From NCBI GenBank assembly GCA_000934665.2, contig KZ538565.1:1-64000 (forward strand): 64,000 bases of DNA. The letters are read 5' to 3'. Under the pieces are notes generated by a model. The model saw nothing but the letters and a program-made list of their open reading frames with translations. It had not been told where the DNA came from and made no database searches. This DNA is from Catajapyx aquilonaris. Lineage: Eukaryota. Position 1 is the first letter of the stretch; every line of letters starts with the position of its first letter. Shown piece after piece: positions 23,246 through 34,917 of this stretch. The translations under genes were made by a program, and so were the position numbers.

Positions 23246-24347
23246 TGTGTCAACCCTTTGACAACCCTATGACAAAGACCGGTCTCTAGGGGTCATGCTG
23301 AGCTGTGAAATCAATCGGAAAGCTTGACACCGGGTGATTGTTCCTCAGGGATCTCTTACCACCCACTGAGGCATAACCTGATCCTCAGTTGGGTAAAACC
23401 AGAGGGGGCGAAAAGGGGCGGGGGCTGTGGTTTTTCCACTTCCATTTGACCAGCTGCCACCATTCAGAGAATGGGACACAAAAAAGGGGCACCTAAATAC
23501 GTGTGAATTTCTGGTAGAAAAACCGGGAAGTAAATTTGGCGAGAACCGGATCGATGTTCGGCCATCTTGGACACGCATGCGTTCGAAGCGCCACCTCTTA
23601 ATGCGTTTAGGATCTTATTTCCGTTCCTCCGCCCTCCGGAGATGAATAGGCCGGAAGTGGTCAACAACTATGGTTTCTATATGTATTTACTGGACATATG
23701 CCACCCTCTCCGGACAACACGGAGGACCACCGGGAGTGTCAACCCCCTACCTTTGTACCCCCAGAGTCAGAGGTCCAATTAGACTCTTTTGTCAAATTTT
23801 TTTTGTTGTACCCTAACCCCTCTTGGGAGGTCTGTCCTGTTTACCCAAGGAGGCCCTCTAATGTTTGTTTCCGGAAGTTGGATGTTTACGCCCACGGGGT
23901 CTACGGTGCGAAGAGCTAAGAATAGTGTGGAAGTCAAGTGATGTAAATAGTGCTCTTTCTTATTGGTCCAAATATGTGAACTGGAAATGCCAAGGCTTTT
24001 TTTCTGTCAACTTTTTCTTGTGGTAGAACGTGATGTGCATATGTTTGTCAGATGAAGGAGATTGGAGTTGACCGGCTTGTCATTGGCCAACTTTTCCGGT
24101 ATGATAATCACTATGGAACAAAAATCGGCTTTTTTTCTGTCCATGAGAATTCATTGCCATATTTGTGTTCCTTAGGTTACTTGTAACTCATAATAATTGG
24201 GTTTTGACCACTTGTACTAACCGGAAAAAAATTTGTCAAAGAAAGGCTTCATTTTCAGCCCTAACCATTGAAAGGTCTCGATTCCCCCCCCCNCCCCCCT
24301 CCCCACACAATTTTTCCAGGAATTTGGTTTTTTTGACTGCCCAGAAT

Positions 24348-24494
24348 GGTATCCCGACAACTGGCTGCCAGTCAATTGACTGCCGTGCCATTTGGCTGCA
24401 GGTCATTTAGTTTCTGCATATTAGTTGCTGATTAAATTGGCCCACCAAATGTCACGTCAGCCAGTTGACCGGCAGCCAAAAGTCGTAGATTCCC
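24348..24494 (-). mobile_element. CAATTGGCTGCC-repeat MITE
   Basis: Ends GGTATCCCGACAACTGGC and GCCAAAAGTCGTAGATTCCC. Reverse relative of 24703-24834. Confidence 0.65.
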
Positions 24495-24702
24495 CCAAAG
24501 TCAAAAACAAATCTCATACGAAATGAATGGTCATTATATGTTACGAGTGACCTAAGTGACATGGAAATAGCGATGAATTCCCATGGACGAATATCATGTT
24601 GCATATTGTAATGAGTTTATTGGACAGAAGTTGGTCGAACGATCAATCTTGGGACGATTATTAGTATACGAATTAGTGATGATTAACAATATTGAATTGA
24701 GA

Positions 24703-24834
24703 GGGATCTACGACTTTTCGCTGCCGGACAATTGGCTACCGGTCATTTGGCTGCCGTGACATTTGGTGAGCCAATTTATTCAGCATCCAAATGACTCGCA
24801 GCCAATTGACCTGCAGCCAGTTGTCGGGATGCCC
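24703..24834 (+). mobile_element. CAATTGGCTGCC-repeat MITE
   Basis: GGGATCTACGACTTTT..GTTGTCGGGATGCCC, flanked by AATTGAG(A/T) on both sides. Confidence 0.65.
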
Positions 24835-25946
24835 AATTGAGTACCATGATTGTTAAGAGAATCATATACGTGGATAACTATATAACTGTGAGTGTTACCA
24901 ATGTCCAGGTCACTTGACCTCAAAAATCATGACCCAGCTGCAGAAACCGGATCTGATCCCAGCATCACATTACAGTTCAGCTTTGAACGATGTCTGCAAA
25001 ACTGGCGATAATAGGATCAGATAGATGGGACGGTAGGTTGAAAGAGTGATGGAGAAAGGAGGAGGAAAATATCCAGTGGGAGTGGTTGAATCTCCGCAGC
25101 CATAAATTCAGACGCTGCTGCCATCTCGCTTCATCACTTATACCAAAGGGGAGTTTGGGTGTAGTGGGTTGATCTCAAGCCAACGCTGGGGGGATCAAAA
25201 CCCACCCATCCACCCACCATCTTTCCACTTCTTCATCCATGTCGGCAGACCAGAAACTTTATTTTCCGGGCGGAAAAAGAAGCTGGATGTTGATTGACGC
25301 AAGCGCTTCGCTGAATCCTCTGGTCGTGACAAGTTGCTTTCAAGAGAGAAGTTGTTTGGAAGGTGGAAGTGGTTCAGGTTCTTAGTGTTGTTGATTCTTC
25401 AAAATTCAAAAATACTATATTACAGTTTAATCGGAGAATCGGCTGATCCGAGATAAGTTGATCAGATAATTGGCTGATCTGAGATCAGTTATTTAGTGGA
25501 AATATCTTCAAAATTATGAAATATCTACAGTATATATTATTAAAAGACGACTGTTATGGAAACTTCTCCCGTACCGTAAGGCCTACAGCTTTGGGAGTGG
25601 TGTCCAAATTTTCCCCGTATTTTCTATATTTGCAAACCACTTTTGTTTTTTGGAAACGGTGCCGAGGGACTTCGTAAAACGCAAAACAAGCAACCCCCCG
25701 ACCGCGTCCGTTCCACGGAATTTCCGTTTCCACCGTTCCGGGTGCCATGGCGCCACCTCCTGGGTGGCGACTAGCTTACTTATGCACTTCACCGTCGCTT
25801 CGATGACTAATTTTTTGCCAAATTTTGGCATGTTGGTGCCTAGTTACAGTTTAATCGGAGAATCTGGTGATACGATATCAGTTATTTAGTGGTAATATCT
25901 TGTTGATGCTTCAAAATTCTGAAATATTACAGTTTAATCGGAGAAT

Positions 25947-26225
25947 AATTTTTGGGGGGTTGCCCCATGATAGAGCTCGTGGCCTTCTTAGGGGGGAAGG
26001 GGAAGTTCTCGAGGGAACACGCCGTGCGATAGCCATTTCTGACATTCTCTAACACCAGCCTTTTCTCCTGGCCCCGAGCAGAGAAGGGAGTGCAATTCTA
26101 CTCCGGCATGTCGGGAGGAAAGCGGAAAAAGACCCGGCCAAGCAGAGGTGACGGGGACGAGATTTGATCCCCGGCCTCCCGCTTGGCTGACCAGCGGCGT
26201 AACCGCTAGACCACCATGCCGCCCC
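25947..26225 (-). mobile_element. tRNA-derived SINE, family S1
   Basis: Same body as 13546-13825. TSD TCGGAGAAT at 25938-25946 and 26226-26234. Confidence 0.9.
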
Positions 26226-26309
26226 TCGGAGAATCACTTGATCCAGGATCAGTTGATCCGAGATCGGTTTTGAGTAGATATCTTGTTGATTCTTCAAAAT
26301 TCTGAAATA

Positions 26310-26663
26310 CAGTTGACTCCGGATATAACAGAATTCAAGGATCTGCAGAACAAAGTCTGGACATCATAACCGAGGTCTGTTATAGCCAAATCGCCACTTT
26401 TTCAACGAAAACACAAAGTTTAATGCTTTCCATAATGCACACTACAGCATTTATCGGCCGCTCGCCCCCCCCCCCCCACGCGGTTCCCTGAACTACACAG
26501 GGACGTATACAGTAGAATGCTGTGGGAGGAAATAAATCGCGTAAACTGGAAAAGGGCTGAAAAGGAGGTTTTTTGTGATACTTTTTTTGCTGGGACCGGC
26601 CTTTCGATTCTGTTTTAACCGAAAGTCTGTTATAGCCGAGGCTGTTATATCCGGAATCAACTG
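26310..26663. mobile_element. pogo/Tigger-like MITE (TA TSD)
   Basis: TIRs CAGTTGACTCCGGATATAACAG and CTGTTATATCCGGAATCAACTG, with TA on both sides. Confidence 0.9.
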
Positions 26664-27602
26664 TATTGCACGGTGTATTAGTTTTATAGGAAAATTAGTT
26701 GATCTAAGAATCAGCTGATCCAAGCTCACTTCTAAGATCTAATTGACCTAATAATCAATTTGTCCTCCCAAAATTTCGATTAGTCTACAATTTGTGAAGT
26801 TACACAAACAAAACATTAACAATGTGACAATGCAACAATACATAAACTACATCTGGACGCCTAATCGTCCAACCAATACTTTTTTTTCCACCCTCTTGAT
26901 CCACCGATTGTTGACAGGGAGTGGAAAAGAGGGAGGGAGGGGGGGGAGAGAGAAGGGTATTGTTATACTGTCTGGTTCGGCCCTTTCAACACCCCCTCCC
27001 TCCCAGCAACCCCCCTCCTGGAAAGCTGCTTCACACGTTGCTGCATCCATTATTCATATCGCGAAGCTCCACACTAAAGAAGTTCCCCATCGCCATAGAA
27101 ACGACCCTTCTTCTCCCCCCCCCTCCTACCCTCCTTCCCCATTTGATTCCTTTTTTTTCCTCCTCTCCCCATCTCCCCTAGTCCCTCCAGCGAGTGGAAT
27201 TTCCTCCATCTCCAGGCCCTCGTTTCCGGACCGGCATCCATCTTTTCGCGACTCTTGCTCTCTCCAAAATTGACGTGGCGGTTTACTCATTTCATCCGAC
27301 CGCATCTAAAGCACTTACCATTATTCATGTACAGAGGAAGTCACTTAATCAGTTTTGTAGAAGACGCGTAGCTGTTATATGAATCAGGTTAGGGTGCCTA
27401 ATAAGGTCAGATGCTTAAATAAGGACACCGATATTGTACAAATGGCTGTACCAACCTACCCCATGACCTAACGTTCTTTTTCAGCGCATACACACCTATT
27501 CTTCAGCGGATACACGGCTATCTTCAGCGGATAGAGGCCTATCTTCAGCAGATACAAGCCTAACGATACTCACTTATCCTTCAGCAGATACAGGCCTATT
27601 TT

Positions 27603-28467
27603 GGGGGAGACGGAGTGGCGCTGCGGTAATGTGTGCGCCCACGGATGTTAAAGGCGGGTTCACACTAGCTGGCGGTAGCATACGAAACGAACGAAACGGT
27701 ATGACGAAACGAACGGAACTAGGGGCTAGGTGTTCAGACACAAAAGCGAGCGGCTGGCTTAGTCTCCATATCCCGCAGCGCATGCGCTGTGCTTGAACTC
27801 TCTGGCATGACTCTCACTGGGGCTCTCCCTCCCTTCGGGCCGGTACCCTTCTCTTCTCCCGTCTCCCCAGGCCCGCTCCCCCCGGCTCCCGCGTCGCGAC
27901 TAAGGTCATTCGTCCTGCCCCCGCCAGAGGCGCTGCCGGCGCTGCCCCCACTTTCTCTTTCACTTTCGCTCGCCACACCCCTGCCGCTTTCCTGGCTCTC
28001 CCATTGGTGGATAGGTCCGTAAGCCACCGTATTCCGTATTCCGTATCCGTCAAAAGTTGATTCCTTTCGTATTTTCCGTTTAGTAATCCCTTTCACTTTT
28101 CGTCATCCTCAAGTGGGCTCTGATTGGTCCACTCTTTCGTTTCGTTCTTTTCGTATGCTACCGTCAGCTAGTGTGAACCCGCCTTAAGGTCCCGGGTTCG
28201 ATCCCAGCCCTGGGACACCCCCTTCATCTCGTGCAGAGTTCGGGGTCATCTCTGGCTTCGTTTCGGGTGGTATTTCCAACAGACTAAGCCACCCGGGGGA
28301 GTTCACAAAATGACCACAGCTACGAAATTGCACTGCACCTTGCACATCCCCTCCTGTCATCCTGCCCGTGGGCCCGGGCGCTTCGCAAAAAGGTTCCAAA
28401 ATTGTACGACGACACAATATTAAGGCTCGTGCTGAATACCGTAAGGTAAAGCACTACCCCCAGGATG
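27603..28467 (+). mobile_element. tRNA-derived SINE (family S2) split by a Harbinger MITE
   Basis: A box TGGCGCTGCGG (~27616) and B box GGTTCGATCCC (~28195) rejoin into a tRNA-like head once the MITE is removed. Flanking ACAGGCCTATTTT at 27590-27602 and 28468-28480. Confidence 0.75.
27652..28184. mobile_element. PIF/Harbinger-like MITE (TAA TSD)
   Basis: ~45-bp TIRs AGGCGGGTTCACACTAGCTG.CGGTAGCATACGAAA.GAACGAAACG. TAA at 27649-51 and 28185-87. Confidence 0.9.
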
Positions 28468-28721
28468 ACAGGCCTATTTTCATCTGATACACACATATCA
28501 TGCAATTTTCAGCGGATAGAAGTTCAGCTGATACAAGCCTAATTTTCAGCGGATACACGCCTATATCGATACACACCTATCCTTCAGGAGATACAGGGCT
28601 ATTTTCAGCGAATACATACATATTGTTCAATTTTCAGCGGATACAGGCCATCTTGAGCTGATATCGGCCTTATTTTCAGCGGATACACAACTATCTTTCA
28701 GCATCCACAGTTAAATCCTGA

Positions 28722-29032
28722 TATAACAAACTGTGAGGTCTAATGGCCCACAATTTCTCTCGTGGAGACATTTTGTATCCCCACATCTTCACACACCAGA
28801 AAGTTGCCGCTGTAGTGGGGACATTTCCCCACAATTTCGATTTGTAGGGTTTCACAAAAGTCCATTTCTCTTAGCCTAGGTTAGTTAGGGTAGGGTAGGG
28901 TGGATAGGTTAGGTTAGGTTATAACCTAGCCTAACCTACCCTACCCTCGAAGCTATAGCACTATAGTGTAAACTATAGTTTCCAGTAGCTTCGAAAAGTT
29001 GAGTTTTCAACGTCCCCATAGCTTATTGAGCG
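28722..29032 (-). mobile_element. R2 MITE, reverse orientation
   Basis: Similar to the reverse complement of 21781-22029 (GTGGGGACATTTCCCCACAATTTCG, GGTTAGG tract, GTCCCCATAGCTTATTGAG). Confidence 0.6.
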
Positions 29033-29061
29033 TATGTCTGACTGTATATGGCATGTGTATT

Positions 29062-29136
29062 CGGCTCTAACAGACCTCGGTTATACCATACTTATTTCAG
29101 TGGGCCCTTGAAGTCTGATATATCAGTATTCAACTG
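29062..29136 (-). mobile_element. Terminal fragment of the pogo/Tigger-like MITE
   Basis: Reverse complement reads CAGTTGAATACTGATATATCAGACTTCAAGGG..ACCGAGGTCTGTTA, like the left ends at 26310 and 31186. Confidence 0.65.
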
Positions 29137-29875
29137 TACAAGTAGAAAAGTAGGTAAAAGTGTGGGGGTCTCCCGATATGAAAGCGTAGCCTATAACTCT
29201 CCTAAACAACTAAGATTGCGAACTCCTCTCCAGCTATGAGGAAGAAAAGACAAGAAAGAAGAAGGGGCGTGACGAGTCAAATGGGGGTGACCTGCTCCTG
29301 ACATCCGGACCGTGAATTTTCCCCTTGGATGCTGCCACTGGAAGGGGAAAAAAGAACTGCTGGGAAGAAGGGAGAGAAAAGAGGCAATCTGGTCTCCAGT
29401 CACTCAGCTCCCCCTTGCTGGAGAAAAGAGGATTCAATCTCCAGGGAGTCTCACAGACGAGGGGTGAGATCTCTTCCAGGCTGCCTCCGCCCCATGAAAC
29501 TTACTACTGACATGCACGTAGAGATCTTTTTTTGTTTTGTCTGGTTGGTTGGAAAAGTACGTTTGAAGTCACTGGAGTTGATCAGTGATCGTGAGTTGAT
29601 CACGAGAAAGATCATTTTTGAAGTGTGATCAACTGATGGTGATGGTCACCACAATCGCCATCACCATCAACTTCACCATGGTGATGATAGTGCAGATGAG
29701 GTAATGGTGAAGATGGTGGTCACCGTCACCGTCACAGTCAGTCACAGCCACAGTCACAGTCAGTCACCATCATCTTCACCATAATGATGCTAATGATGGT
29801 CACCACACCTCACAATCACCATCATCACCACCTCCATCATTTTCACCACGATGGTGATGATGTTGGTCACCAAGA

Positions 29876-29978
29876 GGTTAACCACTTCGGCACTCCGGTG
29901 TACACCAGTCCTGTAGTGGTACTCTTTGGTACTCCTTGGCACTCCTTGAATTTGGTACTACTGTGTACACTTTACAGT
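29876..29978. mobile_element. GGTACTCC short dispersed element (family R3)
   Basis: GGTTAACCACTTCGG.ACTCCGGTGTACACC..GTGTACACTTTACAGT. Copies at 33096-33215, 49316-49418 and 54425-54589. Confidence 0.65.
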
Positions 29979-30096
29979 CGAGTGGATAACCACTCGATGG
30001 TCACCATACCTCACCTCATCACCATCATTATTACCATCATGGTGAAGATGATGGTAGTGTGAATAGGCCTAATGATGGTGAGGATGAGGTGTGGTT

Positions 30097-30227
30097 AAGG
30101 GGTTAGCAACTCCCCAAAAAAGCGTTCACCAGATCCTGGAACCTGGAGGTTCCACCCGGTTCCAGGCCGGTTCCACCTGGTTCCTTGGCCATTGTGTACA
30201 CCGGTTCCAGGGAGTTGCTAACCCCTT
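30097..30227. mobile_element. Short element bounded by a perfect 18-bp inverted repeat
   Basis: AAGGGGTTAGCAACTCCC (30097-30114) and GGGAGTTGCTAACCCCTT (30210-30227), with internal GGTTCC repeats. Confidence 0.6.
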
Positions 30228-31185
30228 GGGTGTGGTGACCATCATCTTCACTACTTATTTTACACTGGGCATCACCATGACCATCATGGTGGAGGTGATG
30301 GTGATAGTGAAGATGATAGTCACCATCACTATCACCATCATTGTTCAATCCCAAACTTGTTCTAAAAAATCAGTTGACTCTCCTAGAGCTTTTAGGTCCC
30401 CAGACTCCTTCAGTTTTCCACACACGTTCCTGATTTGCAAGCGACGTGACTTGACAACAATGGTGCTGAGGGTTACGCAATTAAAACCTCCCATCCTCTC
30501 TTCCCATCACCGCCTTAGAAAACTTTTCCTCCTCTCCCCTTCCCCCCTCATTCCCACCAATACGGCTTGCACAGAATAGCAAATGGCTACAATAATCACC
30601 TTTGTTCTGCAATGATATCCACTCACACTAAACTAGACGCCTTATCCACTTGATTTACTATGATAATGGGCAGGATAGTTAATTTGCCTATCCGAAGGGC
30701 TTTATTTGATACAATAATAATGAAGTTAGGGCCGGCCATGTAAATTAATGATGAACAATTCGGATCGACTTGGAAATGGAGTATAATTCATTAACGGCCA
30801 TTGATTAGCCCTCCCCACCAAAAACCTCCCCTTCATTGTTGGGAGGGGATAGGGGGGAGTGCAAACTGATGTATGTAGTATTTAAAACTATTTTGTGGGG
30901 TAGGTCACCATGCAAGTGGGTAGTTAGTATAGCATCAAATCGGTGTCGTTTGTTTGTTCATTAGCGAGTGCTGTGGGGCTGGTTTTAATCCGGACATTAT
31001 GGGTGCATTTAGTTCATTTCGGACAGTTGAGTTGGACATGTCGGATATTGGGTGTCGATATCTGAGGATATCACACAAGTGTCCAAAATGTGACAAGGGT
31101 CCAGAGACACATTGTAGATGATGCTGATGCTGATATAGTGATGCTGATGATATTGAGAAACATTGTCACAAACAAGATGCTAATA

Positions 31186-31395
31186 CAGTTGACTCCGGAT
31201 ATAACAGACCTCAAGGGACCGCGGAAGAAGTATGTTATGACCAAGGTCTGTTATAGCCAAATCGACATTTTTCAACCAATATGTTTTGCTTTCCATATGC
31301 TTATAATGCATACTACCGCATTATTTTATTAATGAAACTATCGACACAAATGCACAATTAGCTCACCCGTAAATTAGGCAGTACCAGAAAATCCG

Positions 31396-31471
<76 letters not shown>

Positions 31472-31880
31472 TTAATTATTTATTTATTTAATTAATTAAT
31501 ATCCCGTGATAGGGCCCTGGTGGCTCTTTTAGATGGTGTAATACCACCATTTTTCCAATCGATAACATCGACAAATCAGTAATTTTCTACTGCCGTCTCC
31601 TTTTTGCCAAATATACCAAAAAGAGTCTGATTTTGAGTAGCTTAGATCAGTGACAGATGTGAAAATCATCCCCTTCCAGTATTCTCTGCCTTCCTGTCCG
31701 AGGGAAACAAATTTGAATAATCAAAAAACCGCAAATTTTCCCTCCGAGTGGCCAAAAAATGAACTGTCAGTTATGAAGTGTGGTACAAATGAGTCTGTTA
31801 TATCGGGAGTAAAAATGCACATGGCCTTATGGAAGTTTTCCGGGCCTACTTTTCAAGTCTGATATATCCGGAGACAACTG
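31186..31880. mobile_element. pogo/Tigger-like MITE (TA TSD) containing (ATTT)n
   Basis: TIRs CAGTTGACTCCGGATATA and TATATCCGGAGACAACTG. TA at 31184-85 and 31881-82. (ATTT)n at ~31396-31500. Confidence 0.9.
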
Positions 31881-31912
31881 TATCATACTTTATCAACAGT
31901 TTATCACTCAAC

Positions 31913-32281
31913 CAGGGAGCATATAGCCTACTACATAAGAGGTGGAAACTTCGGTCAGCGCCATTGACTTCCGCGTCTCTCTGTTTGGGGCCGTTGCCAA
32001 GGCTGGCGGCCATTTTGAAGTGGGGGCAACGCCAACGAGGTATAAATAGGGTACAGTCAAAAATAGGGTCCGCCATCTTTGATGGTTTTGGCGGCCATGG
32101 CAACTACACGGCAAGAACACGCGCGAATCAAAGATGGCGGACACTATTTTTGCCTGTACGCTATTTATACCTCGTTGGCGTTGCCCCCACTTCAAAATGG
32201 CTGCCAGCCTTGGCAACGGCCCCAAACAGAGAGAGGATAGAAATCGAATGTTTGCGCCTCTTATGTAGTATATGCTCCCTG
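31913..32281 (+). mobile_element. Foldback MITE with 7-bp TSD (P/Galileo-like)
   Basis: CAGGGAGCATATA..TATATGCTCCCTG termini and long internal arms. TSD ACTCAAC at 31906-12 and 32282-88. Confidence 0.85.
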
Positions 32282-33754
32282 ACTCAACATACAACACCAA
32301 GTGTCACACAATGAAGTGGGACATATCATAAGTGTCTTGAAATATTGTAGATGATGATGGTGGTGGTGAGATGGAGAAATATTGTCACAAACAGGTTAAT
32401 ATCATACTTTATCAACAGTTTATCACTCAACAGACAATACCAATTGTCACACAATAAAGTGTGAAACTCGACTCATGATTGAAATCGACTTAACAATACA
32501 GCCAAGTCAGTACCGCACATTCTGAAGAAGCATCAATAAACCAATACCCCAGGAAAAATCCTCACCGTCTCTCCATCATATCTCAACCTCCCATTTTCTA
32601 TCCTTTCCAGCTACATCTTGGTAGATCGATGGAATTTCTTAGAAGCCAAGAAATATCACTTCAGACGACGAGAACTTTTTTTTTTCTTCGTCTTCCAACT
32701 CCCTTTTCACTAAGGTTTTCCAGTTGGAAAGACCCATAGATTTTTTTTCTTCTTCTCTATACCTTTTTCTTTTGAAGCGCTTCTCATTCCTTGCTTCCAA
32801 AGGACTCCAAACCGGAACCAACATGTTGATTTTCCATCAAAATGGAGCTCAAGTTTCCATACTTTCCACAAACCCACAATCTTGAGAAGTAGCTTTGGCC
32901 TTGCTGCTGCCTAGCCTCAAGCAAACATGGCGATAGTTTTTTTTTGTTAACAGTCATCTTAAGAAGTGGTGGTCCATGCACAAAAAACTGGTTCTTCGTA
33001 GCATGTCCTTATGACTTATTAACCCCCAAATCAGGGCTGATATTACAGTCATAGCCATATCAACAATAGACTTACCATAGGCCTGCTACCAAGGGGGTAC
33101 TTCGGTACTCCGGTGTACACCTGCAGTGCAGTGGTACTCTTTTGGTACTTTAAGGTACTCTTTGGTACTTTTAGGTACTCTTTGGTACTCCTTGGTACTC
33201 CGGTGTACACTTTACTACTTTTACTATCGGTTTTACCACTGGTTTCAGCTACATCTTTCTTAAGAACCGGAGGTAAATGGCCTTGGCCGTTGAGGGTGGT
33301 CGAAAAGAAGGGGCTAGTTGAACGACCCCTTGTTACTGGGTGGCCCGTTTTTGGATGGGCCACAAAATGCCTCTGACTTGCCGACCAGACACGTACTACA
33401 AGCTCCTAAGTGGCCAACCAGGTGATTCTAAAGTCACATGCCTTTAGGCACCACTCCTTTCACACGTAGGGGTCAAACCTGACCGATAAAGACGATGAGC
33501 CATTGTTGAAAGGAATTGTTGAAGGTGTGAACCGGTGAGTGGATGCTTCAATTAAAATATAGCATTCTATTGGTCACATTAAGATTCTAATTAAAAATTG
33601 GTTAAGCATGTGTATATTAGCTAAAAAAAATTAAACAATAAATTCGTAGATAGGTCATAGGTACTATGGGGCTCAAATTGTTTTGGCCACTTTATCCTAG
33701 TCTTGAAGCAACCCTTCACACAGGCCCCACGGTGAGGAGGTGTATGGGTGTGAA

Positions 33755-34075
33755 GTTCAAAACAGGTTGAGCACGAAACCAGTTTGTACAGCTCAAAATA
33801 ATTTTTTAAAAATATCAAATTCGTTCATATGTAAGTTTCTGCTTAAAAACTAGTTGAGCAGGTAAACCAGTTTGTGCATATTAGCTCAAAATAATTTATA
33901 AATGAATAAATCCATACATATAGGTAAGTTTCTGCTTAAATAGATGAGGATGTGAACTACCGTAGTTTGTGCATCTTATACTATATATTTTTAACAAATA
34001 ATAAAGTTAGTCTATGTGGTCTATTAGGCTTATGCTTAAACTAGTTGAGCAGGTGCACCAGTTTGTGCTTCTTAA
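33755..34075. repeat. ~90-bp degenerate tandem repeat
   Basis: GTTGAGCAGG..CCAGTTTGTGCA..GTAAGTTTCTGCTTAAA about 4 times. Confidence 0.7.
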
Positions 34076-34641
34076 CCCCCTAAAAAAATATTAATACATC
34101 CTGCTCACTTATGCTTATAAATGAACCTGGAATCGATAGTATCCGGGGCCGGCTATTATTCAAATCTGACGCCATAGGCTACCGTCTATAAAAAATTTCA
34201 ATGCTGCTGCGATATTCCTCACCTGCTACAATTTCCATACAATAAAGCCTCCCCCCCCCCCCTTTAATAAAATTAATGAGCCTTGAATGGAAATTTACGA
34301 CCGGTTTCCGCCCGCGTCAAGAAATCACTAATTACGCTCATCTGTCAGACGCCCCTTGAATTATCGAACGGGCTCTGACGTCACAACAGAGATATTGTTG
34401 TTATGTCGTGATCTGAGCGACCCCTCCCAGTCAGCTAATCACACTTGGAGGCGACACATAAAATGCCTTCATTTTATATCAAAAACTGGTTCTTGTCACG
34501 AAACCACAATGCGCCGCCATATTCATTGGCTATTGTTTGATATTCTGCCCGCTAGATGGAGCGTTGACAAAAAAATTACGAGTTGTCAACGAATGATATT
34601 ATGATATCCATTGCGATTTGTGCAAAACTCGGTTTTATATA

Positions 34642-34917
34642 CAGGGTGTTAATCCTAAGCGTGTCACCAGAAAAGATGGTGGTAGAGGGTGCTGGTGTGA
34701 GCATTTTTGCATAAGGAACTAGGGGTCGGAAACGCACCCTCACCGAGTTACGCCCCTTTCAAGTTTGCGGCAGGCAGTGTGCAAGAGTCGTGCGGCATGC
34801 GGCGGAGTGACTCGGTGAGGGTGCGTTTCCGACCCCTAGTTCCATATACAAAAAATGCTCACACCTGAGCCCTCTACCACCACCTTTTCTGGTGACACGC
34901 TTAGGATTAACACCCTG
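34642..34917. mobile_element. Tc1/mariner-like foldback MITE (TA TSD), family B
   Basis: ~105-bp arms beginning CAGGGTGTTAATCCTAAGCGTGTCACCAGAAAAG. TA on both sides. Confidence 0.9.

Larger units (their letters stand above)
27440..29191 (+). mobile_element. R1 family element expanded by multiple nested insertions
   Basis: CAGCGGATAC repeats at 27480-27600 and 28480-28705. Right end GTCTCCCGATATGAAAGCGTAGCC at 29168-29191. Confidence 0.6.
29635..30345. repeat. Degenerate (CAT/CAC)n and (GAT/GGT)n low-complexity tract with inserted short elements
   Basis: Trinucleotide-like runs in both orientations. It contains a GGTACTCC element (29876-29978) and an element with an 18-bp inverted repeat (30097-30227). 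Confidence 0.75.

Noticed and set aside
29600..29635. bantam miRNA-like sequence AAGATCATTTTTGAAGTGTGAT
   Set aside because: The seed differs (AAGATCA versus GAGATCA), there is no convincing precursor hairpin, and it lies in a TGATC-rich cassette.
29784..30579. His-rich or Met/Val-rich ORFs
   Set aside because: Products of a degenerate CAT/GAT trinucleotide tract interrupted by short elements.
31829..32314. 161-aa ORF and similar ORFs at 35316-35833
   Set aside because: They arise from the palindromic MITE, with the same peptide on both strands and no transposase motifs.
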